This document shows, one piece after another, positions 50,401-64,000 of a stretch of DNA of 64,000 nucleotides. The notes under the pieces were generated by a model, which saw only the letters and a list, made by a program, of their open reading frames with translations, was not told where the DNA came from and ran no database searches. Source of the DNA: Lama guanicoe. Lineage: Eukaryota. A program made the translations under genes and the position numbers. Position 1 is the first letter of the stretch. Every line of letters starts with the position of its first letter. The DNA is taken from contig MU053810.1 of the NCBI GenBank assembly GCA_013239625.1, forward strand, positions 3,235,518-3,299,517, in the 5' to 3' direction.

Positions 50401-53400
50401 CAGGCTATAACACTGAGTATGGGCAGAGGCAACTTTTTTTTTTAAATGTATAAAAAATATGTTTCTGGAGACAACTTCCACCCCCTTCCTTTACTGGCTG
50501 CTTAGGGCCTTAAGACCAAACTCTGAAATTTAAAGCAGTTCCTGTCTGGGCCCAGCCTCACCTCCACTCCCTGTTCTGCTTCTGTCAGCCCAGCCAGCTC
50601 TCCAGTGCATTCTGCCTCTAGGCCTTTGCATGTGCTGTTCTCTTGCCCAGAAAATGCTTCTTCCTTCCCTGTCTCAAGGCATCCCCCAGTCCTTCTTGAC
50701 AAGCATTTTCTGTGCCATAAGTGGATCATTTAAGGTCTTGCCTTCTGCTCTAATTTTTCATGTACTTTTTTTTTTTCGTATTCATCCAGATACTCAAGAA
50801 GAGGAAAGCATGTGATTGTTTTATTGTATTTACTAAACACACCCTGAAGTCTTTTTTCCAGAAAAAATCAAAGAGTTACAGGTACCCAGAGCCTTGCTGC
50901 AGGTCCCAGGGAAGCTTGCAATCAGTGCTTCATGATCCAGCCAAAAATGGCATAAAGTTATGTTTGAAGTCTTAACTCATGTTGCATGACAAACTCATAC
51001 TTGTGACCTAGCTATGAGGGCTAGCAGCAGTAGCAGAACCAGTGATCATGGGAGAGAAGGAGCTTGGAAGTGATGCAGCCGCCTCATGAACCTGCACTTG
51101 GGGCAGTGCCCTGGTCTCCCGAGCTCTACCCTAGGCTTGGTGCTCAGCGTTTATGCAGGCTGGACCCTGTCTCATATTAAACAGACAAGTCCAAGGTCAT
51201 TGGAAAGGAAAATATAGCAAGTGTCTGCAGGGAAATCAAGATAAGACATAATGAAAATTAAAATGTTACATAAATCTTCTATGGTTAGACACATATGGGT
51301 CAGGAGCCGGGGTGGGATGCATGATAGTGACTGCATAGTGTCTCTCACTATTATTTCTGACAATACAAAACCTAGTCGCGTTGAACACACTTTAAAAGAA
51401 CTGACATACCCAGTGTTATCTGATATTACTAACGAGAGCTGAATTTGAATCTTAATGTGGTTTGTGCGTATTTTCAGCAGTTTCTTAGTGTTTCATACAA
51501 TCACAGTGCTTTATTGTTGAAATTGCCAGGTTCTGTTTTCAGATTCATAACTAAAATACTGTTGTCTATTAGTGGTCCCACTAATTTCCCCAACTAGACA
51601 CTTAAAAAAAAATCCTACACACTTTCAAAGATGAGTGAGCTCCTCTTTTAGGAGAGATCCTTCCCTACACATGCTTTATTTAAGAATAATCCAGAGAAGA
51701 ATAAAGTATTATAAGAATGAGGACTAATGAGGCCTAAGAGCACAAAAGTAAAAATAGCCATCACCTTGCCCAAACTGTGAAGTAGCCCCTCCAGACTTCC
51801 CACCTCTTCTTTGGTTTGATGGTAGTACCGGTTCCTAAGGCTCAGAGTCATCATTAAAAAATATATATATAAAGCTATAATGAAAGTTTCTTTACAGAAG
51901 GTTTCATATGGTCAGAATAGCTTATCCTCTGCCCTACTCTGTGGTTTAGGGATGGATGAGGAGTCTGGTCCCCACCTGCTCCCCACAGGGCTCTGGGGCA
52001 GGAGGGACTGTCCACATGTTTGCCATAACTGGCCAAGCACAGTGAAGCCAGCTGTCAGGCAGAAGTGAGGCAGAAGCGGACCTGGGTTTGGAGGGTGGTG
52101 AAGAACTGGGATTCCCCACATTCATCCAGGTGTCTCTGCCCTCCACCAAGTAGGTGGTCAAAAATCTAAAAAGGGCTTTGGGATATGCTGCTCCTGGAAA
52201 GCAACCATGGCTAGGGGCCTCCAGCCTAAAAGACACCAGACTTTTGGGCTTCAGGCAAACTGTGCTTTGCCCTTAAAGGCTCATAATGTTCTCACATTCT
52301 TGTCTAAACTATTTTGCCCCCTTTGGTTTAATTTTCATGAAAATGACAAAAGCAGAGGCATCCAGCCTTTTCCCACTATTTACTCTTTTTAGTATCCCCA
52401 GTCATGGAAAAAAAGAAGTAATCATTAATTTGCTTTGCACTTTTTAGGTTCAGAGCACCTGATCAGCAGGTGGGATAAGTATTACCCCAGCTTGCTAATG
52501 TTGTCCCAGCCAAATGCCATGGCTCATGGGCTTCAACCAGGCATGGGGCTCTTGCAGCAGGCCCATGTTGATGGCTTTTGGACTTTGGGAAATATTTAAG
52601 AGTCTGAGGACTCCTTTCAGTGTCTTGAAGACTCTTGACAAGTTGGGGCCTGTTGTGTCGAGCAGATGAGACTCTGGGGAGGAGAGGGCCTGGAGCAGGC
52701 CGATGTAGGTGCCATGGCGGCTGAGGACTTTACACATTTCCTGTGGCCCTGGTGGAGCCGGAAGGCAGGACCTGAGCTGGTCCATTTCCAGGGATGGGAG
52801 GGAGGAGTTCTCCACGGGCAAGCTAGGTGTTCCAGGGACATGAAAGTTAAACAACAGCAACACAAAGATATTTTTAAAGCTTTTTAAAAAGCTTAAAAAT
52901 GGTTAAGAAAGAAAAAGAAAAGAAATAAGAAAAAAGAAGAAAGGAAAAAACTCAAGGAAAGAATATGTCAAGTGTGCCCTTCAGCCCACAGGTGACTGGA
53001 TCAGCCGGTGTTTAAAGAAGGGAAGGGCCATTTCAATGGGGGAGTCAGCACTGGTGAGCAGTTGCCATGTGCTAGGCACTGTGCAGGGTGCTTTATGGGG
53101 CTGGGTTTTCTTACAACAGCCTAGTGTGGGCCGCACAGATCGTTCTCTTGCCTGTCCCCATGGACTCATCACCAAATACCCTCACGAAGGGGACTGCCAT
53201 CTGAATACCAGCAGCAACATTAACTGCAGCAACATGGACAGAAACAGGCCATGTTTGCTGGAGCCTGACCAAGACCAGGCACCCGATCACCCTTTAACAT
53301 GGATCGATTAGTTCAGCCCTGAGGATGTCCTGATTACAGAGGCACTGTTACGATCATCCTCACTTTACAGCTGAAAAGCCGAAGGCTCAGCGACTTGCCG

Positions 53401-56400
53401 AGACCACAGACAGAGAGAGAGAAGGGTCTCTGGGACCCAAATTCCATGGCTGTCTGGCTTCAGAGCCCTTGCTTTTAACAGTTAGAGTGGATGATAAGGG
53501 AGGGAAAGATTTCCACAGAACTGAGACAGCAAAGAAGCAGCATTAGCTGCCACGGAGGTGGAGGCACACTTAACATGGTGCCTCAGGGCGCACTGAGCTG
53601 GCCCCGCAGCTGCCACCTTGCCCCATGCCCTGCCACACATGACAGCCTGAGGTGAGCTGGGGCAGAAGAGAAGGAAAACTGTCCAATTGACATGGGAACC
53701 AAGAGAGACAACTTCCACTTTCCCCGGCCATCCCTCCCCGGCTCCCCCAAGTTCTGGCAAGTCCTGGGAGGATGATGGGGATCTGAGGGGAGGGCTGGGG
53801 CTCCTGCCCAGTGAGTGATGCTTTGTCTTGAGAAGTACAAGATTACAGCTATTGACTGGGCACTGTTTACTCCCAAACTGGTGGGCCTGGGAAATAGGTC
53901 TTACATTTATAATACCTGAATAGTCTGTTTGGCCAATGAATCTTGTATTTCTTTCCCATCTGTGTACGTATTTTCCGAGTTGGAGTTCAAACTTTTATGC
54001 AAAGGCTTCCCCTGCTTCTTTGTTCAGGATTTTGCAGTGTTGCATGAATTTCAGTGTTTTGTCTGTTTTCTATGATGATGGCAAATATGACTAAGAGACA
54101 GAGGTCTTCCTCACAAACCCCTTTACTTGTGGAGGACCCTCCCCCTAACAAATCCCTGGTATATTTTTCCTGGAAATGAGGGAGGTGTTCCACTGCCATT
54201 TTTAAATAATTGCATTAAGTATGTTCACAGTGGGTTAGTTCCTTTGTGTAATGCTGACACATCTTAGATTTAGTGGGTTTGAGCCCCATCTAGACCATTA
54301 CTTGCCATTTGACAGCCGGGCCATCAAGCAGATTGCTTTACGAGCTGATGGGGTTGTTATAGACTTCCTGAGTAACAAGAGGAGACCACAAAACGCGGCT
54401 CCAAACAGACTCGCGTTGTGTGAGTGCTCCAGGACTTACAGTGGGTCCCCGTTGCCCTTTGGATTCACCGGAGCCTGGTCCACCCTCTCATCCCTCTGCC
54501 TCGTGCAGGCTCCCCGTGGTGTGTGCTGCATTTCATGCCTCAGCCCCCTCCGCTCAGGGGCCTCCACCCTGTGGGGAGCTCTCAGGAGAATGAGCTTCCC
54601 TTCCCACAGCCTGCACGCTGTGGCAACTAAATGAAGACATGCTCAATCAATTTGTAATTAACATACCATTCAAAGGCCTGACAAGCATCACGCATTCTGA
54701 AAACCAAAGACCGGATTTAGAAGGACTGTTTTCAAGAGTGAAAAAAATAAATAAATAAAAACCAAAAAGCTTCAAATAAGGACTGTTTACATTTGTCATT
54801 ATTTCTACCTGAAATTTGGAGAGGAAAAAAAACACAACTACAGAGAACATAAGCAGCCTCTTGAAAAACAGCCTGTTCAGAACCGTGCAGATACATTAAA
54901 ATACACACCAGCACAGACGTTCTATCACTTTAAAAATGTTTTGAATCCCTGATGCCAAGCAGGATGCTGGGGATTTCTTGCAGCCAGCACCAAGTGTTGG
55001 GAAAACATCAAAAAACAAAAACCAAAAAACAAACCCTCCATGTTGACTCAGCCAAAATAAACATTTCATTACTTCCATAATAAAGACGACTTCTTGACGG
55101 AGGAGATGAAATTCCACGTAGCTAGCTTTCCAGGTTGTACTGTGTCGGCAGTTTTCAGAAGCACAGCATAATAGCGTACATAATAGAGTATTGAATTTGA
55201 TTGGCTGGAGGGAGATTGAAGGAGAAAGACAGCACTGTGAGGTGGTGTGATAGACCCTCGCAGGGAATATGATGGATGATTGAATCCAAGGACTAGTGTG
55301 CCACATATTAGGTGCCTACTGACAATGCCCAGAAGCTTAAAAATAAATTAATTGTTGAAAATGTGAGTAAACTGTCTTCAAGGAACATGGTTAAAAAAAA
55401 ATATCTCAGGCAGATTTGTGGAATTTTCAAGAAAGGAAGGAAGGAAGGAGGGAGAGAGGGAGGAAAAAAGGGGGAAAAAGCGATGATTTCAGTGGCTTTG
55501 CAGTTCTCCCCACCCCATTCCCATGAGTAACAATCACCCATACATTCTTCAGGGCTTTTCCTCTTATTTTATCTTGTTTCATTCTCATCACAACTTTGAG
55601 GGAAACTTTTTTTTTTTTAAAGCAGGGAGATGAACACACAGAGGTTAAAAGACTTGCCCAGAGTGATGTGGCAAACAGATCAAGGAGTGGGGACCACAGC
55701 CAATCCCTCTGAAGAGCAAAGCCAAGACATTCTGAATTATGGAATGAATCCTCTTGTCTCTTGTCTGGGGTCCCTCTGCCCTCGTGTTGCTTTTCAAGTC
55801 ACCATATGGAACGATTTAGAGAAAGTCTTCTGAAGGCAGGGCCATGGACTTAATGATGCTCAGAGGTCCCTGGTCACGTGATGGTTTCCTTGTGATCCTA
55901 AAAGCGTACAGTGGGCCTCTATGTAAACATAGCTCTGTGTGCAGGATGTGGGGATTGGGCTCGGTTTCTTGTCGTTGACCCAGTTGCACATGTTGAGAAA
56001 GAGCATAAAAGGAAAGAAACAGATGTTCATTGATGGTGTGTTTCCCTAAGGAGAACTCATTGCTTGTCAACTAGTGGCCCTCATGTGGACTATGAGGACT
56101 TCACATCAAGTCCAGTTGACAGAGTGAGAATTTAGGTGGCTTCTTCCAAGAGTCTGCACCAGACTCATCCCCTAATCTTCTGGGCTCAGAACTCTGTTGG
56201 AGTCTACACCCTTCGATCCCTTACGGCAGGCAGGGGGTGGAGGCCCTTTGAGGGTATGGGGGTGGCTGGGAGGGGTCTTTGGGATGGGTTTCTCTCTCCA
56301 ATACTCAGATCATCTCCTGGAGAAAACCTGCTGCAACTTTGCCTCTACAGTCATTTAATGTGCTGAAGAGTTGCCGTAGCAACATGATTTCTGCATCAGG

Positions 56401-56919
56401 TTGACATAAACTCATGCTTGCCTGGTTTGAAAAGAAAAATTGAACATTCAGTCTCCACCAGAGAATTTATACATAGAAACAGTAGCTACATATTCTGACT
56501 TTATTATTATTTTAAAAAATTTTAGTATGGGTTTGAACACGTACGGAAGTAGAGGCAAGTCTAATGAAGCTTCACATGTCTGTTACCCTCTTTGACAATC
56601 ATCAATACATGGCCAATCTTGATTCATTCCTACACTCCCTCCTTCTCCAGCCCTCACCCACTGTGTTATTTTTAAACAAATCTCAGCTATCAGATCATTT
56701 CATCCACAAATACCACAGTATGAATCTCTAAAAGGTAAGGACCCTATTTATAACAAATGATTCCCACATGGATAATAAGTAAAAAGTAAAGATAAAAGAA
56801 GATTTCAGAATACAAATTCTGCCTTTCTCTTAAACCAAATTATTTAAACTGCATCTGTTCCCTTTTATTAATATCTCTACTTAGACACTATTTATATTTT
56901 GGCCTAAAATATAATAGCA

Positions 56920-57025
56920 CCATGTAGCAGGCAGTGTTCTAAGTTCTTTACATGAATTATCTCATTTAATCCTCACAACAATCCTGTGAGGTAGATACTA
57001 CTATCATCCCATTTTACAGATGAAG
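56920..57025. mobile_element. MIR SINE remnant
   Basis: tatctcatttaatcctcacaacaatcctgtgaggtagatactactatcatccccattttacagatgaag. Confidence 0.8.
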
Positions 57026-58618
57026 TTAGTTGCTTGGTCAATATGAAACACTTAGAATATGTAAATGAGCAAGTTCATTGATTTTAGTTCCTATTCAGGG
57101 CTAATCCTACCATTGAAATGGGGGCACAGTTAGTTTACAGTTTGCAACTTGTCAAGCAGCATCTCCTTTCCTGTGCTTTGCAGTCCTGTGCTTACTCTTA
57201 AGACTTGACATTAAAACCTCATTGAGCAGAAACAGATCAGTATCAGAAGCACGCTAAGTCATTTCAGATTCATCCCCAAGGTGACCACCTATCTTTATCC
57301 CCACAAAGTATGTTTTCAACTATGATATATATTCTGTTAAATCCTGAGCAATATCCTTCAGTGGAAACTTTTAGAAGGTTTGATCCCTAAGAAGCAGTGC
57401 AGCGAGGTAGCCACCATGCTGTGATGTCACTCAACCACTTACTGGCTTTGTGACGGAGGGTGAGTGGCAGACCTCAGCTCCTGGCAGGTACCCTTGCCCT
57501 GTCAGAACCTACCCACCTTGTACTGCAGTCATCCTCTTACTCATCTGTTTCCTCAGAGTCTCCTTGAGGCCAGGAGCCAATTGTGTCATGAATTGTTTTG
57601 GCTGTTTGTTCTTTTTCTGTGTCCGAGCACTGGACCTGGCACAGAGTTAAGTATTCAGTAATTTTTTTCCAGGTATTATGATTCTCTGGGTTTTTTAAAG
57701 TTTTCTTTCAAATGAAGGAAATAATGATGTATCTCGCTGTAACTGAAATTCAGGCTAGATAAAAGCAGCCGCATTTCAGAGAAAATACAAATTTTTAAAT
57801 CAAGGGGAGAGATGTTCCTGTCTAATTTTCCACTATGTCTACCCATATTGATGTTATTCAGTATACAGTTTCCCAGTGCCTTTGTAGAGGTAGTCTTTGG
57901 AGTTTATCTTGGGGCAAAAATAGCAGTATATTATTTAAGGTTTTTAATGTTTAATATTTTAAGATTTAAGATGCTTAAGTTGAATTGCCACTACTAATCA
58001 TTGTTTTAGGTTTCCAAGAGATAGGCAAATATTCAGAACAAGAACTGGAAAGGTACAATTAAATTCAATATTAATAGAATGTACGGGTATTTCCAAGTTG
58101 TCCCCAAATACTTTCCTCACAATAGTACAGTAAAATGATCATCCAAATTTTCTTAGATGGTTCTGGTTTTAAATATTTGCCCTATGGCTCCCACATGTAT
58201 TTAGCAGATCAGAGGCCAGGTTTTGGTTTAGAAAATATAACTTCACAATGGACTAATAATATTACAGTCATCCCGTGACTCCACACTTGCCCTTCTTACA
58301 CAAGCCTGTGCTTCTTTCTGTATTTTATTCCAGGTGATAGCAATTATTGAAAGTATCACATAGGATGTTGCTAGGATTATATTGAAAATGATTTTTTTTA
58401 AGAAAAGTAACTGTGTAGCTCATATAGTTTGAGCTGTTTGCTGAGAAATAGAAATAACCCTAGGCAAGCACTTATGTGAACAATCAGAAGTCTACTAATT
58501 TGCTCTGCCCTTTTTTCTTAATATAAAAATATAGGAAATAATTTAACATTTACCATATATCTCACCCATCACCTATTCTCTGCATTTTTGTCAAGAAAGA
58601 TTCTATAAATGGTATTCT

Positions 58619-59053
58619 TTTTTAAAACTGAAGTATAGTCAGTTTACAATGTGTCAATGTCTGCTGTACAGCATAATGTTTCAGTCATACATATACATAC
58701 AGATAATTCGTTTTCATATTCTTTTTCATTATAGGTTACTACAAGAGATTGAGCATAGTTCCCTGCGCTATATAGAAGAAACTTATTGTTTATTTTATAT
58801 ATAGTAGTTAGTATTTGCAGATCTCGAACTCCCAGTTCACCCCTTCCCACCCCCTTTCCCCTCTGGTAACCATAAGTTTGTTTTATCTGTGAATCTGTTT
58901 CTGTTTTGTTGATAAGTTCATTTGTGTCTTCTTTCTTTTTTTTTTTAAGATTCCACATATGAGTGATATTACACAGTATTTTTCTTTTTCTTTCTGGCTT
59001 ACTTCACTTAGAATGATGATCTCCAGGCCCATCCATGCTGCTGCAAATGGCAC
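58619..59053 (-). mobile_element. 5'-truncated L1 3' end with TSD
   Basis: L1 3' UTR and ORF2 end (FAAAWMGLEIIILSEVSQKEKEKY). Degenerate TSD ataaatggtattct (58605-58618) / ataaatagtatttt (59054-59067). Confidence 0.9.
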
Positions 59054-61099
59054 ATAAATAGTATTTTCAATACTGAGAAGTGTGTGTTGGGGGCAGTGGT
59101 GGGGGGTGCAGCTCATAAGGGGTCTGAAATTCCAGTTCAGCTAACTGACTTCTTTGCTGTCATTGAGAAATTGCTTAATTTGGTGTGGCTTGCTTTAACC
59201 TGTCAAAAATGGGATACTATATGCGTCTTCATATACTATCATGCTTAGGACATACAGATACGTGTCTAGGCAGTGATTTAGTATTCAACAAATATTTATT
59301 TGATATTTCCTCTTCTGCCTCAAAAATAGTCATGGATGTTATTCCAGGTTCTGGGACTCTTTACTTCCTAACTCCACACACCTTCACTCACTGTAGGGCT
59401 CTCTTTTAACTCAAGGATAATAACCAGGTGACTAAAAATCACATACACAGTGCACAAGAAAGGTTAGAATGGCAGAAGTCACGCCGACACTCATGTGTGA
59501 GAAAGAGGCGAGGTTGGTCTGCTGCCTCCTTACAGGTCCTGCGGGATGGTTGATGCCAAAGAGCTTGAGAACAAAATGTTTGAACTTGAGAACAAAACAC
59601 TCATCCTGGATCCTGTACCCTGGGGTGCCCTCCTGAGCCCCTGCCATGCTCGGGCTTCCCATGCAGAGTGGTGGTCACCTACAAGGCACAACCTCTCACT
59701 AGCCCTGTCCCCAGATGTCTTTCCTCCTAGGCACGAACTGGCAGGGACGCTGGCCAAATGCCATTATTGCAAATGCCAGCTTTCTGCTAAATTAAATTCA
59801 ACTCCTTGCTAGAAACAAAATTTTTAATTGTGCTTTTTTTTCAAAGCAGTGTTTAAGCGTGCCAGTTTGAGCTCTCAGAGAAGTAGCTTTTATACCCGTG
59901 TTTAACCAAAGCTCATGATACCACAGAAAGTCACTGACACAAGGGCTGGCCTCACTTTCTAGTCTGCAGAGTTCACCCTTCAGGCCTCTTTCAGAAATGC
60001 TGGAAGAGCTGATGGAAAAGTCAACTAAACCGAAAGTCAAAAAGCATGGCTTTCGTCTGAGAGGAAAGAAGCCTTTTGTTGATGCTGCCATGAGAGTTCA
60101 GCAGAAGCACGGAGCCAGGGCTCAATTTTACCTAAGAAACGACGCCTAAAACTTTGCATTGGTTTTTATTGATGTAAAATTACTGTCCCTGAAATCAGTA
60201 AGGTCATTCCTCCTGGTATCATTTATTTTAAACGCAGGCACAATTCCACAGACAATAGCAGATCCTGGGATGGCTTGTTGGGAGAACCGGACTTTGAGAA
60301 GTAAATAACTCAAGAGCTACCAACTTATTCTAAACAAAACGTGACCCCAAGATAGTTGAGTGTGTTATCCATAACATATCCGTATTGAGACACACTGTGC
60401 TGCAAGTACTGTGCTAAGGATATGACATGGATCACCTGATTGAATCTTCACAAGTAAGAACAGTACGGGTGCGGTATCTAGTTTTTAGAGGAGGAAACTG
60501 AGATTTGGAGGTATGACCTTCCCCAAGGTCATACAGCTAGCAAGCAGAGAAGCCTGCCAGGATTCAAACTCCCCTGCTCACTCTAGTGCCCGAGCTCTCA
60601 CCTGCCATGTCACAGCATCTCTTCTAGGCTTTGGGTTACCCGCTCCCTCAGCACCCACCCCAGTCAGGCTATTTGAGTCAGTGAGAGTGATTTCTTTGTT
60701 TGCAGGTATTAGAACTTCATATTTTGGTTATTAGTGTGCCCAGAAGAATACGCAAAGGGCTTAGCAGGAGTGAAATGTATTTATTATAACCCATTTTCAC
60801 AATTCTTAAAACTCCTTGAGAAATTTATAATAGTTAAACATTTTAAGCTAATGAAGGAACTAATTATAAGTCTGTGCGTACTTTGTCTTAGGACTGGAAT
60901 AAGTGTTCAATTTAGTTATAAGGTGACTTCATGCACAGTGAAAGCTATTTTCTCATTGATGAAAACCGTAAGTCTATTTTCCCCAGGAAATTTTCCCAAC
61001 CTAAAAGGCTTAAGATTGTAGGACTGATCATAAGGGATACCTTAGAAAACCTCACAGCAGGCTTTCAACATATTTCTAAGTCAGGTACGCCCAAGTGTC

Positions 61100-61685
61100 C
61101 ATTGTAGCATGGACATCTCCACGTTCATGTCCCCTGGATACCTCAAACTCTTGTATCTGAGGTCAAACAAGACACCTTCCTCCTCAAACCTGCCTTCTGC
61201 AAGATTCCTCCTTGGTCAATGGCTCCACCATCCATCCAGTCCCCCAAATGGAAACCTGGGGGCTTCCTCCCCACCTGCTCTCCTCACATCCAATTGGTGG
61301 CCAGCCTTTGCTGCTTCTTCCTCTGAAGCCTGATCTTTTCTCCCCATCCTTCTCAGCTCAGCTCTCCTTATTACTCACCTGCATCAATGCCACGTGTTTC
61401 CTCAACACTCACATTAGGCATCTTCTCTGGGAGGTTTTACTTGCCTTCCCACACCCTTCAGCCACTCAGCCTGGGCTCAGTGCCTAGGAATTCACACTGC
61501 GTCTTGTGCCTTTCTCTGTCACAACACTCACCGTGCGTCCCCTAATTGCATATTTTGTTTTGTATCTTGCCCCAGTGCACTGTAAGCTTCTTGAGGGTGG
61601 GGACTGTGCCTTATTTATGAATAGCCAGCTCTGAACGCAGCCTGACACTCGGTCATCACTCATTCATGTCTGCTGGCTAAGTGGA
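61100..61685. mobile_element. L2 LINE remnant
   Basis: tggacatctccac...acctcaaactc...tcaatggctccaccatccatccagt...actgtaagcttcttgagggtggggactgtgcctt. Confidence 0.7.
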
Positions 61686-62069
61686 GGAGACTTTGCCAGT
61701 GGTCCTGCCTTCAGTGTCCTGGGGGAATCTTGTCGGGACGGGTGTGTGATTACACACCTTAATCTATTCGGGGCTTGGGGTAGGCTCACCAGAAGTTACA
61801 TTTCCCTTTTGTTTGTATCTTTTGTGATAATGGACAAGAACACAGCAAAAATCAACAGCATTTAGGACAATGTTATGAATATCATAGGCCAGAAATAAGA
61901 GCTTGTTTAATTATAATGGTCACACAGGGCTCAAACCTCGGGATTCAGTTTTTAGGCTTTCATGCAGTAATACATCTGTTTTCTACATTACTGGAAACCC
62001 AACACATAATATACTATCTGGCTACAGCAGCCATTCAAAAATTAGTAACAATAAAAACAGTGAAAAATA

Positions 62070-62290
62070 TCACTTACTGAATGCTTCCTATGTGTTTCCT
62101 ATTCTGAGTGTTATGTGTGTATGTCATTTAATCTTCACAACAATTTTATAAAGTAGGTATTATTATCCCCACTTTACAGTTGAGGGCATGGAGTTAAGTG
62201 ACATGCTTAAGGTCACCTGCAAGTCAGTGATGCCACCAGATATGGACCCGACTGTCTAATTTCAGAGGCCATGTGTGTTAGTCACTGCAC
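62070..62290. mobile_element. MIR SINE remnant
   Basis: cacttactgaatgcttcctatgtg...tcatttaatcttcacaacaa...gtaggtattattatccccactttacag...aaggtcac. Confidence 0.75.
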
Positions 62291-63114
62291 ACATGACTCT
62301 GGCTCTCCTCAGCCAGACTCTCACCCATGAGTGACAGCTGCTGAAATATGATTTGTAAGCATGCAGAAAAACACAGGTTGTTTCTGACATCCTTTCTGAT
62401 AGTCATGGCTTACCCAAATTTGGGAAAATAATTTAAAATATTATACATACTAACTTGTTCAACTTTATGTCTATTCTTAGCTATAAGTAAAGGTAGATTT
62501 CATGAAAAAGGCATGACTCCTCAAAGAAAATTCATTCTCTTCCTTCCCAGAATTATCTTTCTGGAAGATATTTGTTCATATTACTTGGTTTGGGTAGGAA
62601 CTGAGTTTTCTGGTTTTGGCTTTGTTTTTTGAATGGATAGAAAATATATGTATTCTAATTACATATATGTTTGAAACTTCGTTTGTCATGGTAAAAGAAT
62701 GAAAAACATCTACTTGTTGCTACCCAAACCTTTTGAACAGTCTTCTACCCTGGTTGGTTTTCATTGTGGAATGGGAGAGATAGGATGGCCCAGAATTGTG
62801 TTGGCACAACATGGCCTGACTCTAAAAGCTGTGTTAGCCAAAAATGTCTTCTGAAAGGCAGCTCCTGGAACTACTGACGGAAGCGTCCACTAACATGACC
62901 ACCTTCAACTAAATGTGGTCAGGAGTCTACCCCACTGGGCTTCTTAAAAATAGTCGTGCATGAATATTGACTATCCGAGGGGAGAAATTTGGCCTTAAAG
63001 TTTATGTTTCCTCTCTGATGTCCATTCCTCCACATTACCAGCCATAAAAATATGATCCACTGAGCCCACTAGCATGAAGCACCACAGAAATGAAGAGGAA
63101 ATTAGATTTTATTA

Positions 63115-63611
63115 CAAGCAGACCTCAGAGATACTGCAGGTTCCCTTCCACGCTACTGCAATAAAGCAAAAAACACAAGATAACAAGTCACACAATATTT
63201 TTGTTTTCCCAGTACATATAAAAGTTATGTTTACACTATAGTCTATTAAGTGGGCAATAGCATTATGTCTAAAAAAACAATGTACACACTTTTTAAATTA
63301 AAAAGTACTTCATTGCTAAAAAATGCTAACCGTCATCTGAGCCTTCAAGTCATAGTAGTAACATCAAAGATCACTGATCACAGAACACCGTAACAAATAT
63401 AATGATAATGAATAAGCTTGAAATAATGTGAAAATTACCAAAACATGACACAGAAACATGATGTGAGCAAATGCTGTTCGAAAAAGAGTGCTGATAGACT
63501 TGCTCAATGTAGGGTTGCCACAACCTTCAATTTGTAAAAAATTAAAATTAAAATGAAAAAAATACAGTGTCTGTGGAGTGCAGTAAAGGGCAAGGGAACA
63601 AGGTCTGCTGG
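63115..63611. mobile_element. Internally deleted Tigger1-derived DNA transposon
   Basis: TA|caagcagacctcagagatactgcaggtt...aaaagttatgtttacactata...ctgatagacttgctcaatgtagggttgccacaaccttcaatttgtaaaaa...aggtctgctgg|TA. Both Tigger1 ends are present and the transposase is deleted. Confidence 0.85.
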
Positions 63612-64000
63612 TAACTGAGGGCTTCACTCACCTGCTAACTTGCCAGTCACAAGTTCTGGGTTTTAGTGGCCATGTGCACAAGGGTATAAGACCTTCCTTT
63701 CCTTTCCCAGTTCTGAGTTTGTTAACATCACTTAAATATATATATATTTGGGAGTTATACCATGTATCAAATTCTCAAGGACTCGAGGAAATGTGGAACA
63801 CTTTTTTTTTATTTTTTACAATTAAGAGAATCAGTGAGTTATGACAAAATTGCTTGAATGTACTTAAAAACAGTTCCCCCAAGAGCTGTGCATGAGTGAA
63901 ATAATTATCGCTTTAATATTAACTTAAAAATGTAGAAACTGTTTTTTAAAATTGCTCAGCCACCCCAGTAAGCTTCCCCAGACTGATTCATCTCCCAGTT

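Noticed and set aside
59546..59812. ORF with repeated ELENK suggesting a coiled coil
   Set aside because: Caused by a short local duplication of cttgagaacaaaa. No ATG start and no recognisable homology.

Overview
Mammalian genomic DNA, most likely a camelid (one intact tRNA-Ala-derived SINE of the camelid Vic-1 type, no Alu/B1/Bov-type SINEs seen). Positions 3164-19073 hold the last seven coding exons of SPAG6 (armadillo-repeat axonemal central-pair protein, PF16 orthologue) on the + strand. All splice sites are GT-AG, phases are compatible and the 1058 nt of spliced CDS is intact to TGA at 19071-19073. The remaining ~44 kb has no recognisable protein-coding gene. It contains an orphan CpG island with promoter-like motifs (~30.8-32.0 kb), a cluster of strong splice signals just downstream of it, several motif-dense repeat-free blocks that may be enhancers (including a near-perfect RFX X-box), a 129-bp-period tandem duplication, an 84-bp purine-pyrimidine microsatellite and many transposon relics. 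The most notable observations are a dual-frame last SPAG6 exon, the orphan island and a short twin-primed (5'-inverted) L1 insertion. I found no convincing evidence of an entirely new biological system. Repeat family names and human comparisons come from recall, not from searches.
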